Assembly: GCA_938001865.1 (NCBI GenBank)
Contig: CALLAW010000022.1
Location: forward strand, 4,839 to 68,838
From: an uncultured Saprospiraceae bacterium
Lineage (GTDB): Bacteria > Bacteroidota > Bacteroidia > Chitinophagales > Saprospiraceae
Length of the DNA: 64,000 bases
Direction: 5' to 3'
The notes under the pieces are model-generated. The model was not told the DNA's origin, ran no database searches, and saw only the letters and a program-made list of their open reading frames with translations. Below are positions 46,380 through 57,800 of the stretch, piece by piece (the first letter of the stretch is position 1; every line of letters begins with the position of its first letter). The position numbers and the translations under genes are program-made.

Positions 46380-47957
46380 CTATTGATAGTCGCTGGTTTT
46401 GAGTTGTTTGATCGTATAGAATCCCGGAGCTCTTCCTGCGTCAGTCATGAAATAGACATCTTGATCAGCTTTGATGACTTTTCTTATCTGACCACTTTGC
46501 GTTAATGTTTTTAGGTAGTCAATCTCTTGGTACTCGTTTGATGATAGTTCTTTGATCTGTTGATAAGACTGATGTGGGAGTTGAATGGTGATTGTATCAT
46601 ACTTGCCGACAGTGTGGTTAATTGTTGTAAGTATGCCATCTGGAGATAGAGAGAAATCAGAGAGTAAGACTCTTTGATGATTGGGCAGCACATCCCTTCC
46701 TGGTGTATCTCCTGTAGATGACCGATCACTGAGTCCAATGAATATGCTCATCAATGCTGCGAACAGTATCAATAACCACTTAGTCAGTAACACCTTGTAA
46801 AGAGCATTGTGATACAAAAAATACATCAAGAATAAAGTAATCCCAATCAACTTGCCAAATTGAAAAATGAAAGGAAGTGTCTCGAACCACTCTTGTTGGT
46901 AGATACTCGTGAAGAAGAGTAAGCTCGTAGGTATGACTGGAATAATCTTCTTATCTGCTATCAAGTAGAGGAATGGAAATATGAGATAGAGAAGGCCATA
47001 GCTGCTGATGTTAGGACTCAAGAGTAGGAGTAGGATTAACCAAGTACTGACTTTTACTTTCGTAGAGATTGACCTGCTAGCACTGACTCCTATTCCTAGT
47101 GTATAGAGTCCCGCTTTGATCAAAGCAAAGAGTATGATGAAAGCAAGTTGAGAACTCACCAATGGGTCTGGATTGTGTATCGGATGCTCTAAGAATAGTA
47201 TTCTAAGGAACACAGGAAGCGATTCTGCCCTGACTGCAAATCCATTGTACAAGATCCCATTGCTCGTCTTAGACATGACATCTGTTCCAAAGTATAGCCA
47301 AGTCGATGGATCAATCCAAAGCAAACTAAGTAATCCGATCACGATCAATAGACTTGCGTAAAGAGCAAGGTGTTTTAGCTGTTTGCCGAGCAGCGGTATT
47401 GATAGGAGGACAAGAGGACTCACCTTCATTAATATTGCGAATGGGAGACAATAGAGATACTTGCTATTCGCTTGAGAGATCAGGTGGAGATAACCATAAA
47501 TGATCAGGCCAACAATGATAAGATATGGTTGACCAAATAGGATGCAATTATAGATTGGATAGGCAAACACAATTGGAACAATGAGTAAGGGAGTTGTAGG
47601 TAACTGCCAGTGCTCAATGAGTTTTCTTAATGAAAGGATAAAGACTAAGACAGAGACGAGTTGCAAGAGGAGCTTAGCAAGAGGAGCACTGAGTACTGTC
47701 AATGGCGCAAAGAGCAAAGCTAAAGATGGAGGATTAGGGTAATATGCTCCAAAGAATTTGTCAGTATATCGATCTTTAACGATTGTATTAAAGTCATCTG
47801 CATTGTAGACCTCAGTAGAAAATTGTCCGTCGATCAATAACTTTCCCCCGTAGTAATAATTACCAAAATCGTGAACTTGAAATCCAATAGACTTAACGAT
47901 GGATAAGAGAAGCAATCCTAGCAACGGAATATAATAGATGTACTTTGGCACTTTCAA
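46380..47957 (-). CDS. Polytopic membrane protein, GT87/DUF2029-like GT-C glycosyltransferase
   Basis: 525 aa. It begins 'HDFGNYYYGGKLLIDGQFSTEVY...FGAYYPNPPSLALLFAP' and has about 12 TM segments plus a soluble C-terminal ~110 aa. The pattern is reminiscent of polyprenol-phosphate-sugar dependent transferases. Confidence 0.5.
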   Translation of the reverse strand: MKVPKYIYYIPLLGLLLLSIVKSIGFQVHDFGNYYYGGKLLIDGQFSTEVYNADDFNTIVKDRYTDKFFGAYYPNPPSLALLFAPLTVLSAPLAKLLLQLVSVLVFILSLRKLIEHWQLPTTPLLIVPIVFAYPIYNCILFGQPYLIIVGLIIYGYLHLISQANSKYLYCLPFAILMKVSPLVLLSIPLLGKQLKHLALYASLLIVIGLLSLLWIDPSTWLYFGTDVMSKTSNGILYNGFAVRAESLPVFLRILFLEHPIHNPDPLVSSQLAFIILFALIKAGLYTLGIGVSASRSISTKVKVSTWLILLLLLSPNISSYGLLYLIFPFLYLIADKKIIPVIPTSLLFFTSIYQQEWFETLPFIFQFGKLIGITLFLMYFLYHNALYKVLLTKWLLILFAALMSIFIGLSDRSSTGDTPGRDVLPNHQRVLLSDFSLSPDGILTTINHTVGKYDTITIQLPHQSYQQIKELSSNEYQEIDYLKTLTQSGQIRKVIKADQDVYFMTDAGRAPGFYTIKQLKTSDYQ

Positions 47958-48048
47958 TCCAACGAGATATTTGATTTGACGCAGGGATATTTATGAAATA
48001 CAATGTTGTAAGTTACACCCATTCTATGTAGTGAGTCAATCTCTTCAG

Positions 48049-49461
48049 TTATTTTGCAAGTTGCATACAAGTGTAATGCACCCAGCTTTTAACTTTTGCT
48101 TTGACTTTTTTGAGTGACATCGGATCATTATTTGCGTTTACAGCATTGACGACATACCTCAAGGCATAGTCGTAGTATTTACGAGAGTAGGTACGCTTGA
48201 ACTCCCTATCTCTATCAGTAGTTTTCATCCAATCTAGTTCTACAGTTTGATCTTCTTCTATCTCGTTGTACATGGATGTTCCCTTGATGGGGTAGGCGAC
48301 AGTGATGGTAAATTGATCTGGTTTGCAATCTTTCAGATAGTTTACGGTCTTGATGATGTCTTCTTCGGTTTCGCCTGGATAACCTAGCATGATGAATGTA
48401 CCAGCCTCCATGCCTTTGGCCCTAGTCAGTTTGATCATATCACTGACATGGTTGACATCTACGCGTCGATCCATCAAGTCAATGACACGTTGCGAGCCAC
48501 TCTCTGCTCCGATCCACACTCTAAAGCATCCTGCCTGTTTGAGGAGATCAACAACATCTTCGTTCATCCGATCTGCTCGAGAGATACATTCGAAGGGGAT
48601 GACAGCATCTTGTGATATCACTTCTTCTACAAACCCTTCAAGCCACTTATGACTTACAGTAAATACATCATCTACAAACCAGATACTATCCGGCTGATAA
48701 TTGTCCTTGAGATACTTGAGCTCTGAGGCTACAATCTCGGGACTCCGCCTCCTGTAGCTCTGACCGTAGACAGCAGTACTACACCACTTACAGGTATATG
48801 GACATCCTCGCTGTGTACTGACAGTCATAGCACTCTTGCCGTGATGTGTCTTCCACGTCTCTAAGTAGGGTTGCATATCTATCTTCTCTCTCGCTGGAAA
48901 TGGGAGGTCATCCACTGGTCGTATTCGACTTCTTTCTTTGGTCTTGATGATTTCTCCATCACTTCTGTAGGCAAGGCCATCGATATGGGCATATTCTGAT
49001 CTGTTTCCTTGTTGGACAGTTCTTATTATTTCCAACATTGTTTGCTCACCTTCTCCGATGACGAGGATATCTGCACCAGTATTGAGATAGTCTGGGATGT
49101 TATGTCGCAGATCGGGCCCACCAAGTACGATAATTGACTCTGAGAGAGTAGGTGTATCTCTGATCTTCTGTATTGATTCTATCACATTGACCTTAGTCAT
49201 CAGATTGGTATAGATCGCGATGATGCTTGGCTGCTGCTCTTCTAAGTGAGGGATGAGATCTTTCTTGTAAGCAAATGTTGTGTCAAAGACAGAACATGAC
49301 TCTCCATGATTTTCGAGATATGCAGCGATATAGAGGATACCCAATGGAGGGTAAGGCTTCATTATCGTCTGTTCTTTCTCGTCTTCTAGGATGTAATAAC
49401 CATGGGTGAGAATCGTATGCATTGTGCAATATACCAACTTCTCTCGAAGTCTATGAGACAA
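48049..49461 (-). CDS. B12-binding-domain radical SAM protein (paralogue B)
   Basis: 470 aa in the longest ORF. The likely start is ATG 49422 ('MHTILTHGYYILEDEKEQTIMKPYPPLGILYIAAYL'). The CX3CX2C cluster is 'RGCPYTCKWC', and 'VWIGAESGSQRVIDLM' follows. It is colinear with paralogue C. Confidence 0.85.
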   Translation of the reverse strand: MSHRLREKLVYCTMHTILTHGYYILEDEKEQTIMKPYPPLGILYIAAYLENHGESCSVFDTTFAYKKDLIPHLEEQQPSIIAIYTNLMTKVNVIESIQKIRDTPTLSESIIVLGGPDLRHNIPDYLNTGADILVIGEGEQTMLEIIRTVQQGNRSEYAHIDGLAYRSDGEIIKTKERSRIRPVDDLPFPAREKIDMQPYLETWKTHHGKSAMTVSTQRGCPYTCKWCSTAVYGQSYRRRSPEIVASELKYLKDNYQPDSIWFVDDVFTVSHKWLEGFVEEVISQDAVIPFECISRADRMNEDVVDLLKQAGCFRVWIGAESGSQRVIDLMDRRVDVNHVSDMIKLTRAKGMEAGTFIMLGYPGETEEDIIKTVNYLKDCKPDQFTITVAYPIKGTSMYNEIEEDQTVELDWMKTTDRDREFKRTYSRKYYDYALRYVVNAVNANNDPMSLKKVKAKVKSWVHYTCMQLAK

Positions 49462-49715
49462 GTCTTTGACTTATTTGTGTAATAAACCCTTATCAGTACT
49501 TTGATAGGAATTGTGCTTTGATCGCTACAGGCAAAAGATTCCAAATATCTCTATTAGTTGATGTTATTGTCTCAAAAATGCTATTCCTTTACAAGAGTAT
49601 AGATCGCTAAGATTGGTCTCAGAATATTATCCATCAATAGCACTTAAATGCCAATAAGAGCTGAAACTAACAAGAATACAGTCTACCTTAACACCTCTCT
49701 GAGACAAGGAAGTCA

Positions 49716-50960
49716 ATGCTAAGTAAAATACTAAAAACTCAACTACACCTACTGTCAATAAATATCGGTTGGACCATATCTAGCCTTATCTTGTTGCCAT
49801 TCTATCTCTCATATCTGTCGCCTTCAGATTATGGCGTATTAGCCATCTTGATGGTAGTCATCACATTTGGAAACTTTCTAAGTACCGCTAATTTGAAAAT
49901 GGGTTATACGGCATTTTACTTTGATATAACTCAGAGTCAGCGGTTGAGTTACCTCTATCAAAGCCTCAAGCTAGGGCTGTCAATTAGCGTTATTTATCTG
50001 ATCATTGGAAGCTTATTCGTATCTCAATTCAATTTGTTTTTGGATACTGCAATCCCATCAATGCTCATCATGTTGGCATTAGTTATTGCAGTACAGAAGA
50101 GCCTACATGGGATCTATAACGTCTACCTTCAGCACGAAAAAAAAACCAAGACTTACTCGATCACCAATGGGACTATCATCCTTGTCAATGTAATCGTCCA
50201 GTTAGGTTTACTCGTTTTTTTTGATCTTGGGGTAGCTTCTGTAATCTATGGATTGTTGATATCTTACTTCATTGGTAACTTGATGTGCTTAAGTGAAGTC
50301 CTGAAGTCTGAGAAGTCGCAAGCATTTCAGTTTCAACCTTTACTCATCTATGCATTGAGTCTCTTTCCCTTTCTCTTAGCTGAGTGGTTTATTATCAGAG
50401 GTGATCGATTGATCGTTGAGCATTTTTTTGATCTCGAGCAAGTAGGAATTTATGCCTTGACACTTAATGTAGCATTTCTATTATCTACGGTAGGGAATAC
50501 TTATCTCAATGCAGCACGACCAGAGCTATTCGCTTACTTTGAAGGATTGAAACGTTTTCGTATGGTTGTTTTTTCTTCATTTTTCAGAGCATTAGTACTG
50601 ATGATTTTGGCTGGATCGATTGCGATCTATCTGATCTCACACTCAGTGAAGTATCTTACCACACATGACAGATATCAAGCGATAGAGCAATATATCACTT
50701 TGGCTTTAGTCATTATTGCCATTAGGATAGTGATCCGATTCTTTAGTGAGGTCTTTATCTATGTTAAGCATCATAGAGCTCAGAATTATCTCTCTATTGG
50801 CAATGCTGTGTTGTTTGTGATTGCGTTAGCTTTGTTTTATCCATATGACTCAATTACTTCGATTTTGTATGCCTTGCTCACTTCTAATTTGATCACATTA
50901 CTTGCGACCATTGTTGCGATTGGTTATGTCAGTAATCCTAAGAGAGACCATGTCGAATAG
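49716..50960 (+). CDS. Wzx-like oligosaccharide/polysaccharide flippase (MOP superfamily)
   Basis: 414 aa with about 12 TM helices. The N-terminus 'LPFYLSYLSPSDYGVLAILMVV' is typical of polysaccharide biosynthesis (flippase) proteins. Confidence 0.7.
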   Translation: MLSKILKTQLHLLSINIGWTISSLILLPFYLSYLSPSDYGVLAILMVVITFGNFLSTANLKMGYTAFYFDITQSQRLSYLYQSLKLGLSISVIYLIIGSLFVSQFNLFLDTAIPSMLIMLALVIAVQKSLHGIYNVYLQHEKKTKTYSITNGTIILVNVIVQLGLLVFFDLGVASVIYGLLISYFIGNLMCLSEVLKSEKSQAFQFQPLLIYALSLFPFLLAEWFIIRGDRLIVEHFFDLEQVGIYALTLNVAFLLSTVGNTYLNAARPELFAYFEGLKRFRMVVFSSFFRALVLMILAGSIAIYLISHSVKYLTTHDRYQAIEQYITLALVIIAIRIVIRFFSEVFIYVKHHRAQNYLSIGNAVLFVIALALFYPYDSITSILYALLTSNLITLLATIVAIGYVSNPKRDHVE

Positions 50961-51741
50961 TACACCAATCAATATTATAATCAGCGGTTACCCTAAAAGT
51001 GGAACGACTTGGCTCACGAAGTTAGTCGCAGGCATTCTTGACTGTCCTGCTGCTGGATTTTGGGGTGTAGAAGGTGATAATTTGAGCATTGAAGGGACAA
51101 AGAAAGTTTCTCCCTTTCGCTGTTACAAGGCTCATCAACTCTATCCAGAACTGTCAGAGTACAGTATGAATTACTCAAGTGTAATCTACGTAGTGAGGGA
51201 CCCCAGAGATATTGTGGTGTCAGGTGCTCACCATTACACATTCTTGCCGAGTTGGTTGAGGACTTTACTCAGGATTACAATAAGGTCAAGTGAGACCCGA
51301 CATAAGATCTTTTATAAATTGACTTCCTTGGTGAGTATTGAGAAAAGAAAGAATGAGATGTTGGCTCAGGTCATAGGGGAGAGTAAGTCACCATCCAAGT
51401 GGTTGCGGCACTCATGGTCTGAGCATGTCGCCTCTTACCAAGATCAAAGTGGAGTACTCGTCTTGCGGTATGAAGATCTCTTGGATGATCCGTTGGCACA
51501 GTGTAAGCAGATAGCACACTGGCTTGATCACACGATAGACGATGATCAATTAGAGTCAATCATCAAACAGAACTCCTTTGATCAGAAAAAATCTCAGCAT
51601 TTACAACATGGCGATTACTTCAATCATAGACACATGAGGAAGGGAATAGCTAACCAATGGAAAGAAGAATTGAAACAAGGTCAGATAGATAACATTCAGA
51701 CAGCTTGTCAAGACTCTATGGTTGAGTATCATTACTTATAG
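50950..51741 (+). CDS. PAPS-dependent sulfotransferase (Sulfotransfer_1-like)
   Basis: 5'-PSB loop 'GYPKSGTTWLTKL' and 3'-PB motif 'VVRDPRDIVVS'. The start is taken at ATG 50950 ('MSNSTPINIIISGYPKSGTTW'), overlapping the flippase stop by 11 nt. The longest ORF starts at 50902. Confidence 0.85.
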   Translation: MSNSTPINIIISGYPKSGTTWLTKLVAGILDCPAAGFWGVEGDNLSIEGTKKVSPFRCYKAHQLYPELSEYSMNYSSVIYVVRDPRDIVVSGAHHYTFLPSWLRTLLRITIRSSETRHKIFYKLTSLVSIEKRKNEMLAQVIGESKSPSKWLRHSWSEHVASYQDQSGVLVLRYEDLLDDPLAQCKQIAHWLDHTIDDDQLESIIKQNSFDQKKSQHLQHGDYFNHRHMRKGIANQWKEELKQGQIDNIQTACQDSMVEYHYL

Positions 51742-51838
51742 GATTATGAGGGAGGTTCGTTATTGGTCGTCTAATAACCTTCAACCTTCTTAGTAACTCT
51801 TCTCTATGTAGAGAGTGTCTTCGCTTCATTCAAGTTCC

Positions 51839-54800
51839 TTAATCTAAGATGATGATTTTATGTCTTTGAGCAATGCCTTTGCTTTCTATGACTAGGATGT
51901 AGATTCCATTTGGAATGAAGTCTAAGTTCAGGGTATACTTCTTACTTCCAACTAATTTGTCAAAATTGTTTCTAATCATTTTACCATCTAGACTGTAAAG
52001 TGTCAGCTGATCAACATCAAATCTTCTCGTAGATTCCAAATAGATAGTTTGTGTTGTTGGATTCGGGTAGATGAATATTTCAGCTTTCTGTAGAGTTGAA
52101 ATACTAGATATCGCATCGATGGTAAATGTCGAATCTATAAGGCAACCATTAGAGTCTTCTACAGTTAAAGCATAGTTGCCAACTGGTAAATCAGTAATCA
52201 AGCTATCTTCATCACCATTACTCCAGAGATATGTATAAGGTTCGACTCCACCAGTGATGGTGACAGATATAGAGCCATCTAAGCTAGACGTAGATGAGTG
52301 ATCTTGTGTGATCTCTGCAATGATGTCAAGCTGGTTTGGCTCTCCTATGGTAATACTTTGTGTAATGGAACACCCTATACTATCAATTACTGTAACATCA
52401 TAGATTCCAGCTTGCAAATTGGAGATTACTTGATCACTTTCGATTCCATCTATCTGATAGATATAGGGCGGTTCTCCTGTAAGTGTTTCTATTGTAACCA
52501 TTCCAGTAGTGTCACCAGAGCACAAAACATCAGTTGTCATAAACTCTGCTTCTAGTTGGCTATCGGTTATAGTGAAACTTGCAACTCCTTGGCAGTTCTC
52601 TGCATCTGTTATAGTGAGTTCATAGTTTCCAGGAATAAGATTTTCTGCAATTGAACTTTCAGAGATGTTACCCGACCAATCATAATCATAAGGAGTAGTA
52701 CCGTTGAGTACCTCTATTTCTACTGCTGCGAGATTTATTTCATCGCAATAATGATTACTTTGATTAATAATCATTTCTAATGAGTCCTTTGAATCAATGA
52801 AAAATTCGAGAGTTTCAATACAATTATCACCATAGATTATTTCCAATGAGTGACTACCTTGACCTAAACTAGGACTTGTAAGATCTCCAGGCATGTCATC
52901 CCAAGAGATCGAAATGTTTTGTCCTGAATTTTCAACATTACTCACCACAGCAGAGTTGTCTTCAGGGTTTGAACAGCTACCGTTTATGATTTCAAAATCG
53001 TATGAGATCAATGGCTCACTAAATACCTCAATCTGTTGAGTCGTGAGACACCCCGAAGTATCCATTACTTCAATTGTGTGCAGACCTTCACTTACAGTTG
53101 CTGTGAGTTCAAAGAGTTCAACTTCATCTAAGAAGACTTGATAAGAATTACTCCCATTTTCAATATTCTCAATTATGAGTTCTGTCCCTGTGGCATTACA
53201 TGGTATGGAGTCATAAGTAAGGTCAAATTGAATCGTGTTTAGAGGGTCAATCGGTGTGATTTCGATGCTCTGAGAGATACTACATTCCTCTAGTTGTATC
53301 TCGAGTATACCTATTCCGATTTCAGTATTTATTAGATATTGATTCAGAGAGTTAGAGGCTATTATAGTGTCATTCCAGAGGATAATCGGATCATGTTCTA
53401 AGTCGTTCATTAGACTTAATTCTATATACTTATGATCTTCTGGACCGCAACCAGTTGCAAGGATATCAATCAACGGTATTACTGGTTCTTCGAGGGATAG
53501 AGATATTTGACTTGAGCAAGCATCAGTGTTCACTACGACTAATTGGTACTCGCCGTGGTCCAATCCTGAGATACTCTCTATTAACTCTTCACCATCGAGT
53601 GTAAATGTTAGATTAGGATCTAGAGATGTGACTGAGATTACACCATCATTTCCACAAATAGGATCTTGTATCTCTATTGTAATCTGATCTAGGTCAACCA
53701 ATTGGTACTCTAGTGTGATTACACTATCCATCTGACATCCTTGATCATTTGATATAGAAAATTGATAGTTACCAGGACTGAGATATTGCAACGTATCTGT
53801 GACTACATTTCCTTCAAGGTAGATATTGGCTGTTGAGTCTTCGCTAAATAGGACAATCCATCCATTGTCTTCATTGCAAGAGGGATGATTATATGCTACT
53901 CCTAAGTCTACCCGGTCACATGCTATCGACTCTACTACAAACGTAGTATCTGCTTGGCAATCATTGGCATCTTGAAGAGTTAAAGTATATATCCCTGCTT
54001 CTAATTCGGAGATGGTACTTTCTATCGATTCTGTTTCCCATAAGTAATCATAAGGTTCGACTCCACCTGTAACAGTTGTAGAGATCATGCCTTCTAAAGA
54101 AGAAGTTACAAGAGAGTCATGAGTAATAGAGGCGCTGATGGTCAATGGCGGAGGTTCACTAATTGTGACACTTTGAGAGGCTGTGCATCCATTATTATCA
54201 ATAACAATGACCTCATAGTCACCAGCATTTAACTGATTGATGATTTGATTACTTTCGACTCCATCTAATAAGAATTCATATGGAGGTTCTCCAAGGGCAA
54301 TCTCTATCTCTATTTCTCCTGTAGCATCCTGGTAGCACAGCAGATCAGTAGGGATAGCATCAATAAAAACTTTTCGACTTTGAATGTACAATGAATGAAT
54401 GCCTTGACAATTCTCCGCATCGGTAATCGTTACTTGATAATTTCCCCAGGAGAGATTCTCAGCAATGTTGCTTGACGACACATTATTAGACCAGACATAT
54501 TCATATGGAGCTGTTCCAGATAACATCTCAATTTCTATACTTGCCAAGTTGTCTTCATCACAGTAGTGTTGAGTTTGGATTAGATTCGCTTCTAGTGTTG
54601 GAATTGGTTCCACTTCGAAGGTGAATGACTCAGAGCAATTGTTATCGTATGTAATTTCAAAATTATGGAAACCTTGACCTAGTATTGGACTCGTCTGAGT
54701 CCCTATAGTTCCGTCCCAGCTAATTGTATGAATACTTCCAATATTTTGAATATTGCTGATGACTGCATAGTTTTCATCAGGATTTTGGCATCCCCCATAG

Positions 54801-57800
54801 ACGATATCAAAATCATATGAAATGATTGGATCTTTGGTCACTTCAAAGTACTCTACGGATTTGCAACCGGTAGCATCTGTAACCTCAACAACATGAGATC
54901 CTTCTTCTACAATGGTATTGAATCCCAATCCTTCGACACCATTCCAATAAGTATGTACAGGTCCAGGACCTCCAATATAATTTTCCAGAGTTACGAATGT
55001 ATTTTCTTGATTACAGCCGATGTGATCATTGTAGACCAAGTCAAACTCTAAAGAAGACAATGGGTCTATTGGAGTGATTTCGATTTCTTCAATGATACTA
55101 CAAGTGTCCATTCTTGCTTCTAATGTTCCGACTCCAACTTCAGTCGGTATTATGTAGGCATTAAAATTTTCCGACTCTACAATCGTGTCATTCCAATAGA
55201 TAAGAGGATCATGATCATAGTAATGAGAGAGTCTAAGATCAATGTACTTGTAATCTTCAGGTCCGCAACCAGAGATTAATAGATCATAAGAGAGGGTTAC
55301 CGGTTCGTCGAGTACAACTTGTACTTCTCTATAGCAACCATTTTCATTAAATGCGACTAGTGTATGATTTCCAAAGTTAAGACCAATCATACTATCTTGA
55401 AACTCAACTCCATCAACCATAAATAAGAGACTAGTATTTAGAGTTTTAGTATAGATTATTCCGTCACTTCCACAAATTGGATCTTTCCATTCTACTTCAA
55501 ATTCTTCCACTTCGAAATCGTAAGGGTATTCTAGACTTACCTCATACTCAAGTTCACAACCAAGGGCATTAGTAACCGTAAAGAGGTACTCTCCTGTACC
55601 TAGATTCTTTAGAGTATCAGTAACCTCTTCCCCATTGAGATAAAAGTTGGCTGTCGTGTCTGCACTTGCTGCTAATATCCAACCATTATCTTCATAGCAT
55701 GTTGGATTGGCATATTCTGGTGAAAAGTCAACCCAGTCACATTCAAAGCAAGTCATATCTACTTCCATCAGGCTGTATTCTGTTCCTATGAATACTTCAT
55801 GGTTTCCATCTCCATTGATATCTCCATGTGCCAGTCCTTCATCTCGTCCGACAAAGACACCGTACAGATGACTTACTGTGGTATTGGATCTTGGTTTATG
55901 GATAAATAGTGAATCCAAGGATGTAATCAATAATTCTTCGACCCCATCCTGGTCTATATCTCCGCCACTCATACCTAGAATAGAAGCATTGGATACATCT
56001 ATCGTATCTATGATGTTCATATCATCTGAAGTCAAAATGTGGACATTGCCATTACTCGTACCTCCTATGATTTCATTGATGCCGTCATTGTCCCAGTCAA
56101 AGATCGTTGTTGCTGTATAATTGTCATATTGAGATTGGGTGAGTTGATATTCATGAGAATGGTCGTCAAAAAAATGGATATACCCTTTGCATAGTATGAT
56201 TTCGGAAGCTTCATCTAAGTCAACATTACCGACTTCTATTCCTTGTACAGATAAGTTATTGACGAGTTCATAGCTTGTCCACTTAGTACTTAGATTGTCA
56301 AGGTTGTAAATGCTCAAGTGTTCTGAAGAGGCAACTATGACGTCTAATAATCCATCTTCGTCGATATCATAGAGTTGACTAGATTGCATGGAAGAGAAGC
56401 CATTTTGGTTGACTTCTTCTAATTCAGGAACACCAGTAGTACCATCGTAAATAATGACATGAAGGTCAGAAGATTGATGTTGAGTAATTACTATATCTAA
56501 ATCGCCATCATTTTGGTAATCTAGGATATCAAGACTCGCTGTAGTTATCTCATATTGATCAGAAGTCAAGTCTATTGTTCTTTCTAAAATTTTAGACTGA
56601 GCATCATAGATTTTAATCTTAAGTTCATTTTCATTAAAATAGAACCCTTCACCAGTCAATGATATGATTTCCATTGAATTGTCTTGATCAATATCGACTA
56701 AGTGGATGTCATCGAACGGACCAGAGTATCGTTCTGTACTTGATTCAGTGTGTCCGTTGCTCAAATTGTAAAGTCTAAGCGAACCTATATTGAAAGTTGA
56801 ATTAAAACTTGCTAAGATTTCATTTTGATCATCATTGTCAAAGTCATCCAGAAATAAGGAATAGAGGGACGAAAAATATGGGTCTGTATCAATACTCATA
56901 GACTTTATTCGACTGCCATTTGACAAGTTGTAGATATTTATTTTGTCACTAAAATCATCTAATGAAATCAGTCTTAAGTCATTGACAATCCAAATGTTAC
57001 TCCCTAAACTAATTTCAAATTTTTGATTACCAGTATCTAAGTCGTAAACAAATACATCATGTTGCTCTTCTATGATTGCTTCTTCTTTTCCATCTCCATC
57101 GGTATCCCATAATTTGATAAAATCAGTACGGGATAATTCTAAATCACTTTCTAAAATGTAATTCTCCCCATCATACTCATAGACTTGTCCGTTTGACAAT
57201 ACGAACTCGAGATTGGGGTCGTCATCTACATTGCCGATATCAAAGTCACCTGCATCATGTTCGAGTTCAAACTCAATAATATGTGCTATTGGGTCATAGA
57301 CATAAAAGGTATTACCATTGAGCATCAAGATTTCATTTTGACCATCGAGGTCAAAATCAAATATTTGCATTTCAATGGAAGGAGTAGCACCATGCCAACT
57401 GTGTCTAAAACAATCAATCTGGGTCAATGTACTAAGGTCATAGATAAATGTCCAATCCCGAGATGAGAAGACCAATTCTTCTTTACCGTCGCCGTCTAAG
57501 TCACCCCTCGCCATATCAGTAAATGTGGCGCTAATTAAATCTGTGCTGTGGATTTTTTCAAACTCTTCTTTTTCTACATTATAGTCAAATACGTAGATGA
57601 AAGACCTGCCAGCTCCAAATGATGAACTTGTGCTGGCGGTTTCATAAGTCAAATATTCATCTTCACCATCTTGATCGTAATCATACTTGATGTAGTTATT
57701 TTTCTTTCCAATGTTTCCTGTAAAGGGGATATCCATCCACAACGGGGTACAAACTTCATTGCATTCTGGATTTTGCTCTTCTACTACTATTTCTTCAACT

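Noticed and set aside
49462-49715. Possible cobalamin riboswitch in the 254-nt leader of rSAM paralogue B / divergent flippase promoter region
   Set aside because: I could find no B12-box-like GCCACTG core or conserved GGTG/CC pairing elements on either strand. The other rSAM leaders are too short (51 nt at 42030-42080).
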